Below are positions 39,489 to 50,593 of a DNA stretch of 64,000 nt, piece by piece (position 1 is the first letter of the stretch; each line of letters starts with the position of its first letter). The stretch is from contig JAJZUU010000004.1 in assembly GCA_021848325.1 (NCBI GenBank), forward strand, positions 8,720-72,719, written 5' to 3'. Under the pieces are notes generated by a model. It made no database searches. It saw only the letters and a program-made list of their open reading frames with translations, and had not been told where the DNA came from. Source of the DNA: Pseudomonadota bacterium (GTDB taxonomy: Bacteria; Pseudomonadota; Gammaproteobacteria; Burkholderiales; JAJZUU01). The translations under genes were made by a program, and so were the position numbers.

Positions 39489-40666
39489 AAGGGCTGTTCT
39501 GGGTCCTGGTCCTCTCTGCCCTGGCGGTGGCGTTTACCCTCGCCGGAAAGAACGATACCGCCTATGTGGTGCTGGTCTACCCGCCCTACCGGGTGGAACT
39601 GGCGCTGAACCTCCTGATTGCCTTGCTGGCGCTGTCTTTTTTCCTGGGCTACGGGCTGCTGCGTTTCGCCATCCATACCCTGCGATTGCCGGCCTACGTG
39701 CGCGCCTACCGCCTGGAGCGGAAGCGCAAGAAGGGCAGAAAGGCCATGCTGGACGGCCTGTTGGCGTTTTTTGAAGGACGCTACGGCAAGGCGGAGAAAT
39801 TCGCCAAGAAAGCCATGGAGATGCACGAATTTCCGGTGGTGACCGCCTCCGTGGCGGCGCGCGCCGCCCACGAACTCAAGGCCTATGACCGGCGCGATGC
39901 CTACATCGACGAGGCGGAGCGTCTGGCGCCGGGGTATCCCGTCGCGCGCCTGATGACCCAGGCGGAATTGCTCCTTGAACAGCGCCGTTCGCAAGAGGCG
40001 CTGGCCGTTCTGAAGCAGTTGCACCAGGCGGCGCCCAAGCACATCCCCGCCCTCGCGCTGGAACTGCGGGCCCAGCAACAGGCCAAGAACTGGGATCAGG
40101 TGATCGCCCTCGTCAGTCAGTTGGAAAAGCGCGAGGCCATCGACGCGAGCCAGGCGGAACAACTGAAGATCAATGCCCATCTGGAGATCCTGAAGCGCAA
40201 GGCCCTGGACGGACAGGCCCTGAAGGAGCACTGGCAGAAAATTCCGGCCGACGTCAGGCTGAACGGCAAGATCGCCCTCAACGCCGCACGCTACTTCGCC
40301 GGTCTCGGGGCCGATCCGGTCGCCAACGAGATCATCGAGCAAAGCCTGGGGCGGCAGTGGGACAGCGACCTGGTGAAACTCTACGGCAATTGCCCGGGGA
40401 AGGACCCGTTGAAGCAGATCGAGTGCGCCGAGAGATGGCTCCCGGCACATCCCCGGGACGCCGGGCTGCTGCTCACCCTGGGCACCCTATGCGCTCGCCA
40501 GGAGCTGTGGGGCAAGGCTCAAAGCTATCTGGAAGCCAGCCTCGCCGTGGAACCCGGTTACGAGGCCCACGTGGCGCTGGCGCATCTGCTGGAAAAGATG
40601 CACCACCCGGACGAGGCTTGCCGGCACTACCGGCTCGGCATGGAGTTCGCCCTGGGCGCGAAGTGA
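39485..40666 (+). CDS. hemY: HemY-family membrane/TPR protein (TTG start per track)
   Basis: 393 aa. Two N-terminal TM segments (HemY_N), then TPR-like helical repeats. Follows hemX. Confidence 0.8.
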   Translation: MKGLFWVLVLSALAVAFTLAGKNDTAYVVLVYPPYRVELALNLLIALLALSFFLGYGLLRFAIHTLRLPAYVRAYRLERKRKKGRKAMLDGLLAFFEGRYGKAEKFAKKAMEMHEFPVVTASVAARAAHELKAYDRRDAYIDEAERLAPGYPVARLMTQAELLLEQRRSQEALAVLKQLHQAAPKHIPALALELRAQQQAKNWDQVIALVSQLEKREAIDASQAEQLKINAHLEILKRKALDGQALKEHWQKIPADVRLNGKIALNAARYFAGLGADPVANEIIEQSLGRQWDSDLVKLYGNCPGKDPLKQIECAERWLPAHPRDAGLLLTLGTLCARQELWGKAQSYLEASLAVEPGYEAHVALAHLLEKMHHPDEACRHYRLGMEFALGAK

Positions 40667-40682
40667 GGCGCCGCAGGGGCGG

Positions 40683-41711
40683 CTACGCAGCCGGCCTGGG
40701 ATCGTTGGAAAACAGAAAGGCGTCGGAGAAGAATTCCGTTTCCGGCAGCCCCCTCTCCAGGAAGTTCTTGTGGGCCGCCTCCACCATTAGCGGCGAGCCG
40801 CTGGCGTAGACCTGGTAGCCGCTCAAATCCGCTACATCCTGAAGGACCGCCTGGTGAACGAGGCCGGTGCGCCCTTGCCACCGGTCTTCCGGCCTGGGCT
40901 CGGACAGCACCGGCACAAAGCTGAAGTTCGGGTGCTCCTCCTGCCATTTCCGCGGCAGCTCGGGCATATACAGGTCTTTCAGCGAGCGCGCGCCCCAGTA
41001 CAGGCTCATTTGGCGCTGAAGACCGAGATGGAAGGCATGTTCCAGCATCCCCTTGATCGGGGCGAAGCCCGTCCCGCCGGCTACGAAGAGGATCGGCCTG
41101 GTGCCGTCTTCCCGCAGGAAGAAGGTGCCCAGCGGGCCTTCGAAGCGCAGGATTTCCTTTTCCTGCATTTTGGTGAATACATGTTCGGTGAAAGTCCCGC
41201 CCGGGATATTGCGGATGTGGAGCAGCAGCAATTCGTCGTCGTGGGGGGCGTTGGCAATGGAAAAGCTGCGCCGCTTGCCGTCCTTCATGAGGACGTCCAG
41301 GTACTGGCCGGCCAGAAATTGCAGCCGTTCGTTGGCCGGCAGCTTCAGGTACAGGGCCATGACGTCGGGCGCCAGCCGCTCCATCCGGTCTACCCGGCAC
41401 GGCATGGCCTTGATCTGGATATCCTTGGCGGCGCCGATCTCGCGGCATTCGATAATCAAGTCCGACTGGGGCCGGGCACAGCAGAACAGGGCCATGCCGG
41501 CCAGCTTCTCGGTCTCGCTGAGGGCGCTGTCCTGGTAGGTCCCGTAGTCCACCGATCCCTCCAGGACCTTGCCCTTGCAGGTGCCGCAGGCGCCGTTGCG
41601 GCAGCCGTAGGGCAGCGCGAACCCGTCGCGCAAGGCCGCCTCCAGAATGGTCTCGTCGTCCTGTGCGGTATAGCGGTGGCCACTGGGCTTGATGGTGATT
41701 TGGTGAGACAT
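40683..41711 (-). CDS. [2Fe-2S] ferredoxin-FAD/NAD(P)H oxidoreductase (AscD / CDP-6-deoxy-delta-3,4-glucoseen reductase-like)
   Basis: 342 aa. N-terminal plant-type ferredoxin CRNGACGTCKGKV...C, then an FNR-like module (RSFSIAN, GGTGFAPIKGML). Confidence 0.8.
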   Translation of the reverse strand: MSHQITIKPSGHRYTAQDDETILEAALRDGFALPYGCRNGACGTCKGKVLEGSVDYGTYQDSALSETEKLAGMALFCCARPQSDLIIECREIGAAKDIQIKAMPCRVDRMERLAPDVMALYLKLPANERLQFLAGQYLDVLMKDGKRRSFSIANAPHDDELLLLHIRNIPGGTFTEHVFTKMQEKEILRFEGPLGTFFLREDGTRPILFVAGGTGFAPIKGMLEHAFHLGLQRQMSLYWGARSLKDLYMPELPRKWQEEHPNFSFVPVLSEPRPEDRWQGRTGLVHQAVLQDVADLSGYQVYASGSPLMVEAAHKNFLERGLPETEFFSDAFLFSNDPRPAA

Positions 41712-41922
41712 TAAGAAATCCTCTTCTAATTACCCGCAACCGCGGACACCAGGAAAACGGCCGTTCCCGAACCCGGGCCGGACGGCGCCATCCCCAGCGG
41801 GCACGGGGCCTGTCGGGCAAAGATGTAAAGTGTACCACAGGGTTCGATAGGTATCAGCCGGGGCAGGCGGGCCGCTCATGGAGCGGGGCTCAAACCGGGA
41901 ATTCGGGAAGTCCGGCGGACGT

Positions 41923-42354
41923 CTATTGGCGATGCTTGCCCTGCAAGGCGCTTGGGGGCGGCGGCGCGCCGTCCACCTCGTGCCACTCGCCCTCGATCAC
42001 CCCCGGTTCCGGCGGCATGCCGCCCCCTGTGCCGACCCCCCTGCGGCGCACCAGCAACAGAAGTACGGCCAGGGCATCGCTCAATAGGCCGGGGAACATC
42101 AGCAACAGCCCGGCAATCAGCATGCGGCTGCTTTCAAGCAAGGCGGAGAACGGGGATTGTCCGCTGTGCAGTGCGCCCAATATCCTGCCGAATACCGCAA
42201 GCCTTTCCTCCTGGATCAAGGTCCAGCCCACAACCGTGGTAAACACCAGCCAGGGCACGAGCCACCAGCCCACGAATTGCCAGGCCCAGATCAGGGTGTA
42301 AATCTCCAATGCCGGAAAACCGAGTAGAATAAATAAAATTGCTATTGCGCGCAT
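41923..42354 (-). CDS. fxsA: FxsA family membrane protein
   Basis: 143 aa. MRAIAILFILLGFPALEIYTLIWAWQFVGWW... and LLLMFPGLLSDALAVLLLL are FxsA patterns. Confidence 0.75.
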   Translation of the reverse strand: MRAIAILFILLGFPALEIYTLIWAWQFVGWWLVPWLVFTTVVGWTLIQEERLAVFGRILGALHSGQSPFSALLESSRMLIAGLLLMFPGLLSDALAVLLLLVRRRGVGTGGGMPPEPGVIEGEWHEVDGAPPPPSALQGKHRQ

Positions 42355-42371
42355 AAGTTTAGGGATCGTTA

Positions 42372-42686
42372 ATGGAAGCCGTACTGATAATCACCAACCT
42401 GCCGGATCGGGAAAGTGCCGCAGCCTTGGCCCAAAGGCTGATCGAGGAACGCGTGGCCGCCTGTGTCAACATTCTGTCCCCCTGCACTTCAGTGTATCAT
42501 TGGCAGGGCAAGGTCGAAAACACGGCGGAGACGCCCCTGTTCATCAAGACGCTGCGCCGCCACTACGCCGCGGTGGAGCGGATCATCAGGGAATGCCATC
42601 CCTATGAACTTCCCGAGATCATCGCGGTCGCAATCGCTGCGGGACTGCCGGCGTATCTGGAGTGGATCGCGGCGGAAACGAAATAA
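42372..42686 (+). CDS. cutA: divalent-cation tolerance protein CutA
   Basis: 104 aa. ...LAACVNILSPCTSVYHWQGKVE...E..L.IKT....Y..VE..I...HPYE.PEI; precedes dsbD as in E. coli cutA1-cutA2. Confidence 0.88.
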   Translation: MEAVLIITNLPDRESAAALAQRLIEERVAACVNILSPCTSVYHWQGKVENTAETPLFIKTLRRHYAAVERIIRECHPYELPEIIAVAIAAGLPAYLEWIAAETK

Positions 42687-42713
42687 CGATATCCGTCTTT
42701 TTGGGACTGCACC

Positions 42714-44978
42714 ATGCGCATTTTGTTCACTTTGTTGTTGTTATTCCCGCTCTACGCCCAGGCCCTGGTGGAAGGCGATCTGCTGGCGCCGGAACAGGCA
42801 TTCAAGCTTTCCGCGCGCCTGGTGGACGCGGGCCATGTGGAAGTCCGCTACCAGATCGCCGATGGCTACTACCTCTACCGCAGCAAGTTCAAATTCTCGG
42901 CCGAGCCTGCCGGGGTATCGTTGGGAACGCCCCAGTTTCCGGCGGGAAAGGTGAAGCAGGACGACTTTTTCGGCGCGGTGGAAACCTATCGCCATGAAGT
43001 CAAGATCGACCTCCCGCTCCAGGTAAGCGACAGTTCCGTCCGCACCATAACCCTCAAGGCCACCGCCCAGGGCTGCGCCGACGCCGGCGTGTGCTATCCG
43101 CCGGTGCAGGAGACGGCGCAGTTGAAGCTGCCGGCCCCGCCTGCCGCCAACGCCGGCCCGGGCGGCCAGGCCGCCCTAACCTCGCTCGGCGACGACGGGG
43201 CGAGCGCAGGGGGCGGGTTTCTGCCCCCCGACCTGGCCTTCGGCCTGAAGGTGTCGGTCAAGGACGGGGACACCCTGGCGGCGGACTTCAAGCCCGCCGC
43301 AAGCTACTACCTGTACCGGGACAAGATCCATTTTTCCCTGCGGGACAGCGCGGGAATCAGCATCGCCAAGGTCGCCCTGCCCGCCGGCGACGTCGAGACC
43401 GACCCGACCTTCGGCAAGCTCGTGGTGTACCACCAGCCGTTCCGCGCGGAGATCGGCCTGAAACGCGATGACCCGGCGCGCACCGGGCTGACGCTGTTGG
43501 CGAGCTACCAGGGATGCAGCGAGAAAGGGGTGTGCTATCCCCCCATCGAAAAGGCGTTTACCCTTACCCTGCCCCAGTTGTCTCAGACGTCTCAGGCGGC
43601 CCCGGCGGTGCCCGCTTCCGCCCAGCCGCAGGCCGGGCCCGTCCTCGCCCAGCAACAGCCCGCCGCGGCAGAGTCATCCGAATCGTCAAAGATCGCCGCC
43701 CTGTTCAAGGGAGGAAACTTCGCGCTGATCGTGGCCTTTTTCTTCGGTGCGGGGCTGTTGCTCGCCTTCACCCCCTGCGTGTTCCCCATGATTCCGATCC
43801 TGTCCGGGATCATCGCCGGCCAGGGCCGCCACCTCACCAAGAGCCGCTCCCTGGTGCTCTCGCTGTCCTATGTGCTCGGCATGGCGATCACCTATGCCGC
43901 CGCCGGCGTGGCCGCCGGGCTGTCGGGCACGCTGCTGTCGGCCGCCATGCAGAATCCCTGGGTATTGGGCGGGTTCGCCCTGGTGTTCGTGGCCCTGTCC
44001 CTGTCCATGTTCGGGTTTTATGAACTGCAGTTGCCCAATTTTTTGCAAAGCAAGTTCTCCAACGCCAGCAACCGGATGAAGGGAGGCAGCACGGTGGGCG
44101 TGCTGGTCATGGGCGCACTGTCCGCCCTGATCGTAGGGCCCTGCGTGGCGGCTCCGCTGGCCGGCGCCCTGCTCTATATCGGCCAGACCCACAACGTCTG
44201 GCTGGGCGGCTCGGCCCTGTTCGCCATGGCGTTGGGCATGGGCGTTCCACTGATCCTGGTGGGGGTGTCCGCGGGGGCCCTGCTGCCCAAGGCAGGAGCG
44301 TGGATGAATGCGGTGAAGGGTTTCTTCGGGGTACTTCTGCTTGGGGTGGCCATCTGGCTCATTTCCCCGGTAATCGCGCCGTTGGCCGTAATGCTGCTAT
44401 GGGCCTCCCTGTTGATCATTTCCGCCATGTACCTGCGGGCCCTCGATCCGTTGCCCCCCGCGGCCCACGGTTTTGCCAGGCTGTGGAAGGGCGTGGGGGT
44501 GATCGCCCTGGTTGCGGGGGTGGCGCTGCTGATCGGCGCCTTGAGCGGGGGGCGCGACGTGCTGCAACCGCTGGCCGGTCTGCGCGCTTCAGCCAGTACC
44601 CAGGGTGCCGCCGCGGCGCCTTTGAAGTTTGAACGGGTGGGCAGTGTGGCCGAGCTGGAGCAGCGTCTGGCCGCTGCCCGCGGCCGCTACGTCATGCTTG
44701 ATTTCTACGCCGACTGGTGCGTCTCCTGCAAGGAATTCGAACGCTTCACCTTTGCCGACCCGCGGGTGGCGGAGAGGCTTAAGGACGCGGTACTGCTCCA
44801 GGTCGACGTGACCGCCGACAACGCCGGGGACAAGGCCTTGCTGCAGAAATTCGGGCTGTTCGGGCCGCCGGGGATCATTTTCTTTGACCGGAACGGGCGC
44901 GAGATCAAGTCGGCCCGCACCATCGGCTATACTCCCCCGGAACGGTTTCTGACCACCCTTGATACGGCGTTCCGTTAG
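42714..44978 (+). CDS. dsbD: thiol:disulfide interchange protein DsbD with a duplicated N-terminal alpha domain
   Basis: 754 aa. Two tandem DsbD-alpha-like domains (each with YYLYR and GC.....CYPP), a central 8-TM beta domain ([18 protein letters not shown]), and a C-terminal thioredoxin gamma domain ([13 protein letters not shown]). Confidence 0.88.
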   Translation: MRILFTLLLLFPLYAQALVEGDLLAPEQAFKLSARLVDAGHVEVRYQIADGYYLYRSKFKFSAEPAGVSLGTPQFPAGKVKQDDFFGAVETYRHEVKIDLPLQVSDSSVRTITLKATAQGCADAGVCYPPVQETAQLKLPAPPAANAGPGGQAALTSLGDDGASAGGGFLPPDLAFGLKVSVKDGDTLAADFKPAASYYLYRDKIHFSLRDSAGISIAKVALPAGDVETDPTFGKLVVYHQPFRAEIGLKRDDPARTGLTLLASYQGCSEKGVCYPPIEKAFTLTLPQLSQTSQAAPAVPASAQPQAGPVLAQQQPAAAESSESSKIAALFKGGNFALIVAFFFGAGLLLAFTPCVFPMIPILSGIIAGQGRHLTKSRSLVLSLSYVLGMAITYAAAGVAAGLSGTLLSAAMQNPWVLGGFALVFVALSLSMFGFYELQLPNFLQSKFSNASNRMKGGSTVGVLVMGALSALIVGPCVAAPLAGALLYIGQTHNVWLGGSALFAMALGMGVPLILVGVSAGALLPKAGAWMNAVKGFFGVLLLGVAIWLISPVIAPLAVMLLWASLLIISAMYLRALDPLPPAAHGFARLWKGVGVIALVAGVALLIGALSGGRDVLQPLAGLRASASTQGAAAAPLKFERVGSVAELEQRLAAARGRYVMLDFYADWCVSCKEFERFTFADPRVAERLKDAVLLQVDVTADNAGDKALLQKFGLFGPPGIIFFDRNGREIKSARTIGYTPPERFLTTLDTAFR

Positions 44979-45199
44979 CCGCCCTGCGGTCGCCGTGCTC
45001 CCGGCGGAGTCCTTTCCGGCGCCCTCGCCGTTTTTCCGCCCGTGTCCCGCCGTTGCCGCGCCCAGCGCAGGGCCGCATCACGCGGGCGGGGCCTCCGCTA
45101 AAATCGGCAAAAAGCTGGACAAAATTACGTAATTTGCGGCAAACTTGCAGCCATGCAAAGAGATGCTCGCGGTCCATCTGGAATAGGCAGGGTAGCTTC

Positions 45200-45673
45200 G
45201 TGAGCGATGCGCCTAACGTTGCCGACCACCAGAAAAAGATACTGGTGTTGCACGGCCCCAACCTGAATCTGCTGGGTACCCGCGAGCCGACCCATTACGG
45301 GACCGATACGCTGTCCGATATCGACAGCCGCTTGGCCGCACGCGCCGTCGAGGCGCGGGTTGCGCTGGAGGGCTTCCAGAGCAACGCCGAGGCTGACCTG
45401 ATCGCACGCATCCATCAGGCCGGCGCGGACGGCGTCGATTTCATCCTGATCAACCCGGCGGCCTTCACGCACACCAGTATCGCGCTGCGCGACGCGTTGG
45501 CGGCGGTGCGCATCCCGTTCGTGGAGGTGCACTTGTCAAACGTGTTCGCCCGGGAGCCGTTCCGGCATCATTCCTATTTTTCCGATCTGGCGATGGGGGT
45601 CATCAGCGGTTTCGGCGGCAAGGGGTACGAATTGGCGCTGGAGTTCGCGTTACACCATCTTGTTAAAGGCTAA
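45200..45673 (+). CDS. aroQ: type II 3-dehydroquinate dehydratase
   Basis: GTG at 45200 gives 157 aa. [39 protein letters not shown]....E.FR. The track ORF start at 45053 is over-extended. Confidence 0.9.
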   Translation: MSDAPNVADHQKKILVLHGPNLNLLGTREPTHYGTDTLSDIDSRLAARAVEARVALEGFQSNAEADLIARIHQAGADGVDFILINPAAFTHTSIALRDALAAVRIPFVEVHLSNVFAREPFRHHSYFSDLAMGVISGFGGKGYELALEFALHHLVKG

Positions 45674-45675
45674 TC

Positions 45676-46137
45676 ATGGATCTCAGAAAACTCAAGAAGC
45701 TGATCGATTTGGTCGAGGAATCCGGCATTGCCGAATTGGAGATCACCGAGGGTGAGGAAAAGGTCCGCATCACGCGGCAGACGCAGACCGCCCAGGCCGC
45801 TCATTTCATGCTGCCGCCGTACGGCATGCCGATGCCCGGCGCCGTGCCTGCACCCGCTCCGGCAGGGGCCGCGGCGGCCGAGGCGGAACCGGCCGCGCCG
45901 GAGGGCCACATCGTGCGTTCGCCCATGGTGGGTACGTTTTACCGCTCCTCTTCCCCCGGGGCCAAAGCCTTCGTGGACGTGGGGCAGCCGGTGGCCGCGG
46001 GCGACACCCTGTGCATCATCGAGGCCATGAAGCTGCTCAACGAGATAGAGGCGGACCAGGACGGCGTGATCAAGGCCATCCTGGTGGAAAACGGCCAGCC
46101 GGTGGAATACGGCGAGCCCCTGTTCGTGATCGGATAG
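45676..46137 (+). CDS. accB: acetyl-CoA carboxylase biotin carboxyl carrier protein
   Basis: 153 aa. Ala/Pro-rich linker and biotinylation motif [15 protein letters not shown]. Confidence 0.92.
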   Translation: MDLRKLKKLIDLVEESGIAELEITEGEEKVRITRQTQTAQAAHFMLPPYGMPMPGAVPAPAPAGAAAAEAEPAAPEGHIVRSPMVGTFYRSSSPGAKAFVDVGQPVAAGDTLCIIEAMKLLNEIEADQDGVIKAILVENGQPVEYGEPLFVIG

Positions 46138-46223
46138 GGCCTTGCGCGGCGAAGCGGGGCCGGCTGGCCCATTTTGCGCCGGCCTTCCCGGTAATCCCTC
46201 CCGTCATACTGACTAGGTAGTCC

Positions 46224-47579
46224 ATGTTCGAAAAAATCCTCATCGCCAACCGCGGCGAGATCGCCCTGAGAATCCAGCGTGCCTGCCGCGAAATGGGCAT
46301 CAAGACGGTCGCGGTGCACTCGGTGGCCGACGCCGACGCAAAATATGTGAAGCTCGCCGACGAGTCAGTGTGCATCGGACCGGCGCAATCCAACCTCAGC
46401 TATTTGAACGTCCCTGCCATCATCAGCGCCGCGGAGGTAACCGACGCGGAGGCCATCCACCCGGGCTACGGCTTCCTCTCGGAAAACGCCGATTTTGCCG
46501 AGCGGGTGGAACAAAGCGGCTTTGTCTTCATCGGGCCGCGGCCGGACACCATCCGCCTCATGGGCGACAAGGTGAGCGCCAAGAACGCCATGAAGGCGGC
46601 CGGCGTCCCGTGCGTGCCCGGTTCGGACGGCGCCTTGCCGGAGGACCCCCAGGAAATTATCAGGATCGCCAACGGCATCGGGTTCCCGGTGATCATCAAG
46701 GCCGCCGGCGGCGGCGGCGGACGCGGCATGCGCGTGGTGCATACCGAGGCGGCCTTGCCGAACGCGGTGAGTATGACCCAGGCAGAGGCCCAGAGCGCCT
46801 TCGGCAACCCCACGGTATACATGGAGAAATACCTGGAGAATCCGCGCCATATCGAGATCCAGGTGCTGGCGGACGAGCACGGCGATGCGGTGCACCTGGG
46901 GGAGCGCGACTGCTCCATGCAGCGGCGTCATCAGAAGATCCTGGAAGAGGCCCCCGCGCCCGGCCTGCCTGCCAAGCTGAGGGACAAGATCGGGGCGCGC
47001 TGTGCCGAGGCCTGCCGGACCATCGGATACCGCGGAGCGGGGACATTCGAGTTCCTGTACGAGAACGGCGAGTTCTGTTTCATCGAAATGAACACCCGGG
47101 TGCAGGTGGAGCATCCGGTGACCGAACAGATCACCGGCATCGACATCGTGCAGGAGCAGATTCGCGTCGCCGGCGGTGAGAAACTGCGCTTCAGGCAAAA
47201 GGATATCCAGTTCCGGGGGCACGCCATCGAGTGCCGTATCAATGCGGAAAACCCCTACACCTTCGTGCCGTCCCCGGGACGGATCAGCTTGTACCATACG
47301 CCGGGGGGGCCCGGGATCCGCGTCGACTCCCATGTCTACCAGAACTATCTGGTGCCGCCCTATTACGACTCCATGATCGGCAAGCTGATCGCCCACGGCG
47401 ATACGCGGGAGCAGGCGATCGCGCGGATGAGAACGGCCCTGAGCGAGATGGTGGTGGAGGGTATCCAGACCAACATCCCGCTGCATCAGGATCTGATGAC
47501 CGACGCTGCCTTCCTGCAAGGCGGCACCAGCATCCACTATCTTGAACAGAAGCTCGCGAATCTCAAGAAGGCGGAGTAG
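46224..47579 (+). CDS. accC: acetyl-CoA carboxylase biotin carboxylase subunit
   Basis: 451 aa. [41 protein letters not shown]. Confidence 0.95.
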   Translation: MFEKILIANRGEIALRIQRACREMGIKTVAVHSVADADAKYVKLADESVCIGPAQSNLSYLNVPAIISAAEVTDAEAIHPGYGFLSENADFAERVEQSGFVFIGPRPDTIRLMGDKVSAKNAMKAAGVPCVPGSDGALPEDPQEIIRIANGIGFPVIIKAAGGGGGRGMRVVHTEAALPNAVSMTQAEAQSAFGNPTVYMEKYLENPRHIEIQVLADEHGDAVHLGERDCSMQRRHQKILEEAPAPGLPAKLRDKIGARCAEACRTIGYRGAGTFEFLYENGEFCFIEMNTRVQVEHPVTEQITGIDIVQEQIRVAGGEKLRFRQKDIQFRGHAIECRINAENPYTFVPSPGRISLYHTPGGPGIRVDSHVYQNYLVPPYYDSMIGKLIAHGDTREQAIARMRTALSEMVVEGIQTNIPLHQDLMTDAAFLQGGTSIHYLEQKLANLKKAE

Positions 47580-47628
47580 TCCCGTTTTGTTGCCGCGGCA
47601 TTCTCTGTGAACGCAAGGGGAGAAAGGG

Positions 47629-48519
47629 GTGACCTGGCAATCGCTAAGCGTTGAGGTCGGCGCAAGGGATGCGGAGGTCCTGAGCGACGCCCTGCTGGAG
47701 CAGGGGGCGCTTTCGGCCGCCATCGAAGACGCGAATGCCGGCAGCGAGCGCGAGCAGCCCCTGTTCGGCGAGCCGGGTGAGCCGGCGGCGGGCGTCTGGT
47801 ACAGCAGCATGGTCACCGCCCTGTTTCCGGAAGACGCGGACCTTCCCGCCATCGTTGCGGCCATCGCCGCTGCGGCAGGGTGGCCCGAGATGCCGCGCTT
47901 TGCGGTCGAGCGGCTGGAAGAACAGGACTGGGTGCGCCTTACCCAGGCCCAGTTCGGCCCCATCGAGGTCTCCCCGCGGCTCTGGATCGTGCCCAGCTGG
48001 CATATTCCGCCGGTTGCCGAGGCGATCAACCTGATGCTGGACCCGGGGCTTGCCTTCGGCACCGGCAGTCATCCTACCACCCACCTTTGTCTGCAATGGC
48101 TGGACGAAAATATCCGGGGCGGAGAACGGGTGCTGGATTACGGCTGCGGCTCCGGCATATTGGCGATCGCGGCGTTGAAGCTCGGGGCGGGATGCGCCGC
48201 AGGGGTGGACATCGATCCCCAGGCCATCGCGGCGAGCCGGGCCAACGCCGCGCAAAACCGGGTCGCAGCGGAATTCCATGTGGCGGGCCACGCGCCGCCC
48301 TTCGAGGCGGACGTCTTGGTCGCCAACATCCTGACCAACCCCCTCAAGGTGCTGGCGCCCGCCTTGGCGGCTTCACTGGCAAGCGGCGGGCGCATGGTGC
48401 TGTCCGGCATCCTGGAGGAGCAGGCGGACGACGTGCTGGGGGTCTATGGCGAGTGGTGCGAGATGGAGGTGAGCGGCCGCGCCGAGGGATGGGTTCGGCT
48501 TTCCGGAGTGAAGCGCTAG
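47629..48519 (+). CDS. prmA: ribosomal protein L11 methyltransferase (GTG start)
   Basis: 296 aa. FGTGSHPTT..CL.WL, VLDYGCGSGILAIAALKLGA, NIL. Conserved accBC-prmA order. Confidence 0.88.
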   Translation: MTWQSLSVEVGARDAEVLSDALLEQGALSAAIEDANAGSEREQPLFGEPGEPAAGVWYSSMVTALFPEDADLPAIVAAIAAAAGWPEMPRFAVERLEEQDWVRLTQAQFGPIEVSPRLWIVPSWHIPPVAEAINLMLDPGLAFGTGSHPTTHLCLQWLDENIRGGERVLDYGCGSGILAIAALKLGAGCAAGVDIDPQAIAASRANAAQNRVAAEFHVAGHAPPFEADVLVANILTNPLKVLAPALAASLASGGRMVLSGILEEQADDVLGVYGEWCEMEVSGRAEGWVRLSGVKR

Positions 48520-48521
48520 CC

Positions 48522-49811
48522 ATGGATATGGTGACCACGTGTCCGGGGTGCGGCACCGGTTTCAGGATAGGGGCCGAGCAGCTCAACGCGCGCCAGGGCG
48601 ATGTGCGCTGCGGCCGCTGCGGCCGGGTATTCAACGCTTTCGATACCTTGACCACGCTGGAGGCGCCCCCGTCTCCGGTGCAGGCAGAGGCGCCGCAAGA
48701 GGTCTTTGCCGCCCCTGTTGCCGAACCTTCCTTTCCCCCCGGAAAAAGTGAGACGGCACCCGATAGGTCTGCCCAGTGGCCGCTCGAAGAGCCCTCTGCC
48801 GCATCCCCGGCGGGACCTGTTGCTGCCGCGGAACAGGGCGCACCGGCTGATGCGCTCCTCCCCCCCGCGGAAAGCGGGGAGGAGGTCGAAACGGCGGCCG
48901 CCGCAGAATACCCCTCCCTTGACGAGGCCGGTGTGCCGCGCCAGGACACTGCCGGCGAAGCGGAACTAGCGCAGGAGGTCTTTCCAGCCCTGCTTGCGGA
49001 ACCTGCCATCCCCGCGGAAGAGGGTCCCGTGGCTCCCGCCATGGCTGGTGCGGGGCCGCCCGAAGAAGCCCCCGGACAAGAAGGCGTGCCCGCCCCGGAC
49101 GCGGGTGCGGCCCGGGCGGTCGAAGAGGTCGATGCCGTTGCGCTCATGGAGCCGCCCCCCTTGGCGGAAGCCGCGCCGCCCCCCGGCTATGCTGCCATAC
49201 CGATGGAGCCGGACGATGGGTGGGGCGCCGCACCGGGCGGCAAGCCTTCCCATGCCGCGTGGCGGCGCACGCGGCGCACCGCGGGCTGGGAACTGCGGGA
49301 GGGCAGGCGCGGCGGGGCCGCGGCACGGCGCTGGCCGGCTTGGGTTTTCGCTACGGGCTCCGTGTTGCTGGTGCTCGGGCTCGGCCTGCAGGCCGCCTAT
49401 TTCTACCGCACCGAATTGGCGGCCCGCTATCCCGCATCGAAACCCTATCTCGGCCGTGCCTGCGAGTTGCTGAAATGCGACATCCCCTTGCCCAGAAACG
49501 CGGATCTTCTGGGTATCGAGTCCTCCGAGCTGGAGACCGTCGACCCCGCGCGCCCCGCTATGATTCTGCTGCGCGCCACGCTGCGCAACCGGGCCAGGTT
49601 CGTGCAGGGCTATCCGTCCCTGGAACTGAGCCTGACCGATGCCGCGGACCGGATCATCGCCCGCCGGATTTTCGCCCCGGTGGAGTATCTGCCGCAGGGA
49701 ACCGATCCCAAGGCCGGCCTGCAAGGGGAGGGCGAAGTGGCGATCAAGCTCTACATGGATCTCGGCGACCTGAACGCGGTGGGCTACCGCCTGTACGTGT
49801 TCTACCCCTGA
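48522..49811 (+). CDS. MJ0042-type zinc-ribbon / DUF3426 membrane protein
   Basis: ATG at 48522 in the frame of track ORF 47880..49811. TTCPGCGTGFRIGAEQL...VRCGRCGRVFNA zinc ribbon, a long Pro/Ala/Glu-rich linker, one TM segment, and a C-terminal DUF3426-like domain. Confidence 0.7.
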   Translation: MDMVTTCPGCGTGFRIGAEQLNARQGDVRCGRCGRVFNAFDTLTTLEAPPSPVQAEAPQEVFAAPVAEPSFPPGKSETAPDRSAQWPLEEPSAASPAGPVAAAEQGAPADALLPPAESGEEVETAAAAEYPSLDEAGVPRQDTAGEAELAQEVFPALLAEPAIPAEEGPVAPAMAGAGPPEEAPGQEGVPAPDAGAARAVEEVDAVALMEPPPLAEAAPPPGYAAIPMEPDDGWGAAPGGKPSHAAWRRTRRTAGWELREGRRGGAAARRWPAWVFATGSVLLVLGLGLQAAYFYRTELAARYPASKPYLGRACELLKCDIPLPRNADLLGIESSELETVDPARPAMILLRATLRNRARFVQGYPSLELSLTDAADRIIARRIFAPVEYLPQGTDPKAGLQGEGEVAIKLYMDLGDLNAVGYRLYVFYP

Positions 49812-50593
49812 GGTGGGCTCCCCGTCTCAATCTCCACCTCTGCCACCAGCGGGGCGTGGTCGGAAGGGCGCTCCAGCCCGCGCATGTCCTTGTGGATGAG
49901 GCACGAGGCGCAGCCTCCGGCCAGTTCCGCGCTCAGCAGGATGTGGTCGATGCGCAGCCCCATGTTGCGGCGGAAGGCGTTCATCCGATAGTCCCACCAG
50001 GTGAATGACCCTTGCGGCTGGTCGAACAGGCGGAAGCTATCCGCCAGTCCGAGCTTGAGCAATTGCCGGAATGCGGCCCTTTCCGGCGGGCTGAACAGAA
50101 TGCGGCCCTGCCATAGCTCGGGGTCGTACACGTCCCGTTCCTCGGGAGCGATGTTGTAGTCCCCCAGCAAGGCCAGCCTGGGATGTTGCGCCAACCCCTG
50201 CCCCAGCCATTTTTCCAGGGCGGCAAGCCATTCCAGCTTGTAACGGTATTTCTCGGAGCCGACGCTTTCCCCGTTGGGGGCGTAGATGCAAATCACCCGC
50301 ACCCCGTCGACCGTCGCAGCCAGCACCCGCTTTTGCGGGTCCGGGAAACCGGGGATGGCGCTGGCTACCTGCCCGGGAGGGTGTTTGCCGAGGATGGCCA
50401 CCCCGTTGTAGGTCTTCTGGCCCGAGAACACCGCGTGGTAGCCGGCGGCAAGAATCGCCTCTGCCGGAAAATCGGCGTCCGCCAGCTTGGTTTCCTGCAG
50501 GCACACCACGTCGGGTCGCTGCCTGCCCAGCCACTCCAGCAGTTGCGGCAGGCGCACCCTGAGGGAGTTGACGTTCCAGGTGGCTAGCTTCAT
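49802..50593 (-). CDS. xthA: exodeoxyribonuclease III
   Basis: 263 aa. MKLATWNVNSLRVRL, CLQETK, GDYNIAP, SDHAP. Confidence 0.9.
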   Translation of the reverse strand: MKLATWNVNSLRVRLPQLLEWLGRQRPDVVCLQETKLADADFPAEAILAAGYHAVFSGQKTYNGVAILGKHPPGQVASAIPGFPDPQKRVLAATVDGVRVICIYAPNGESVGSEKYRYKLEWLAALEKWLGQGLAQHPRLALLGDYNIAPEERDVYDPELWQGRILFSPPERAAFRQLLKLGLADSFRLFDQPQGSFTWWDYRMNAFRRNMGLRIDHILLSAELAGGCASCLIHKDMRGLERPSDHAPLVAEVEIETGSPPQG

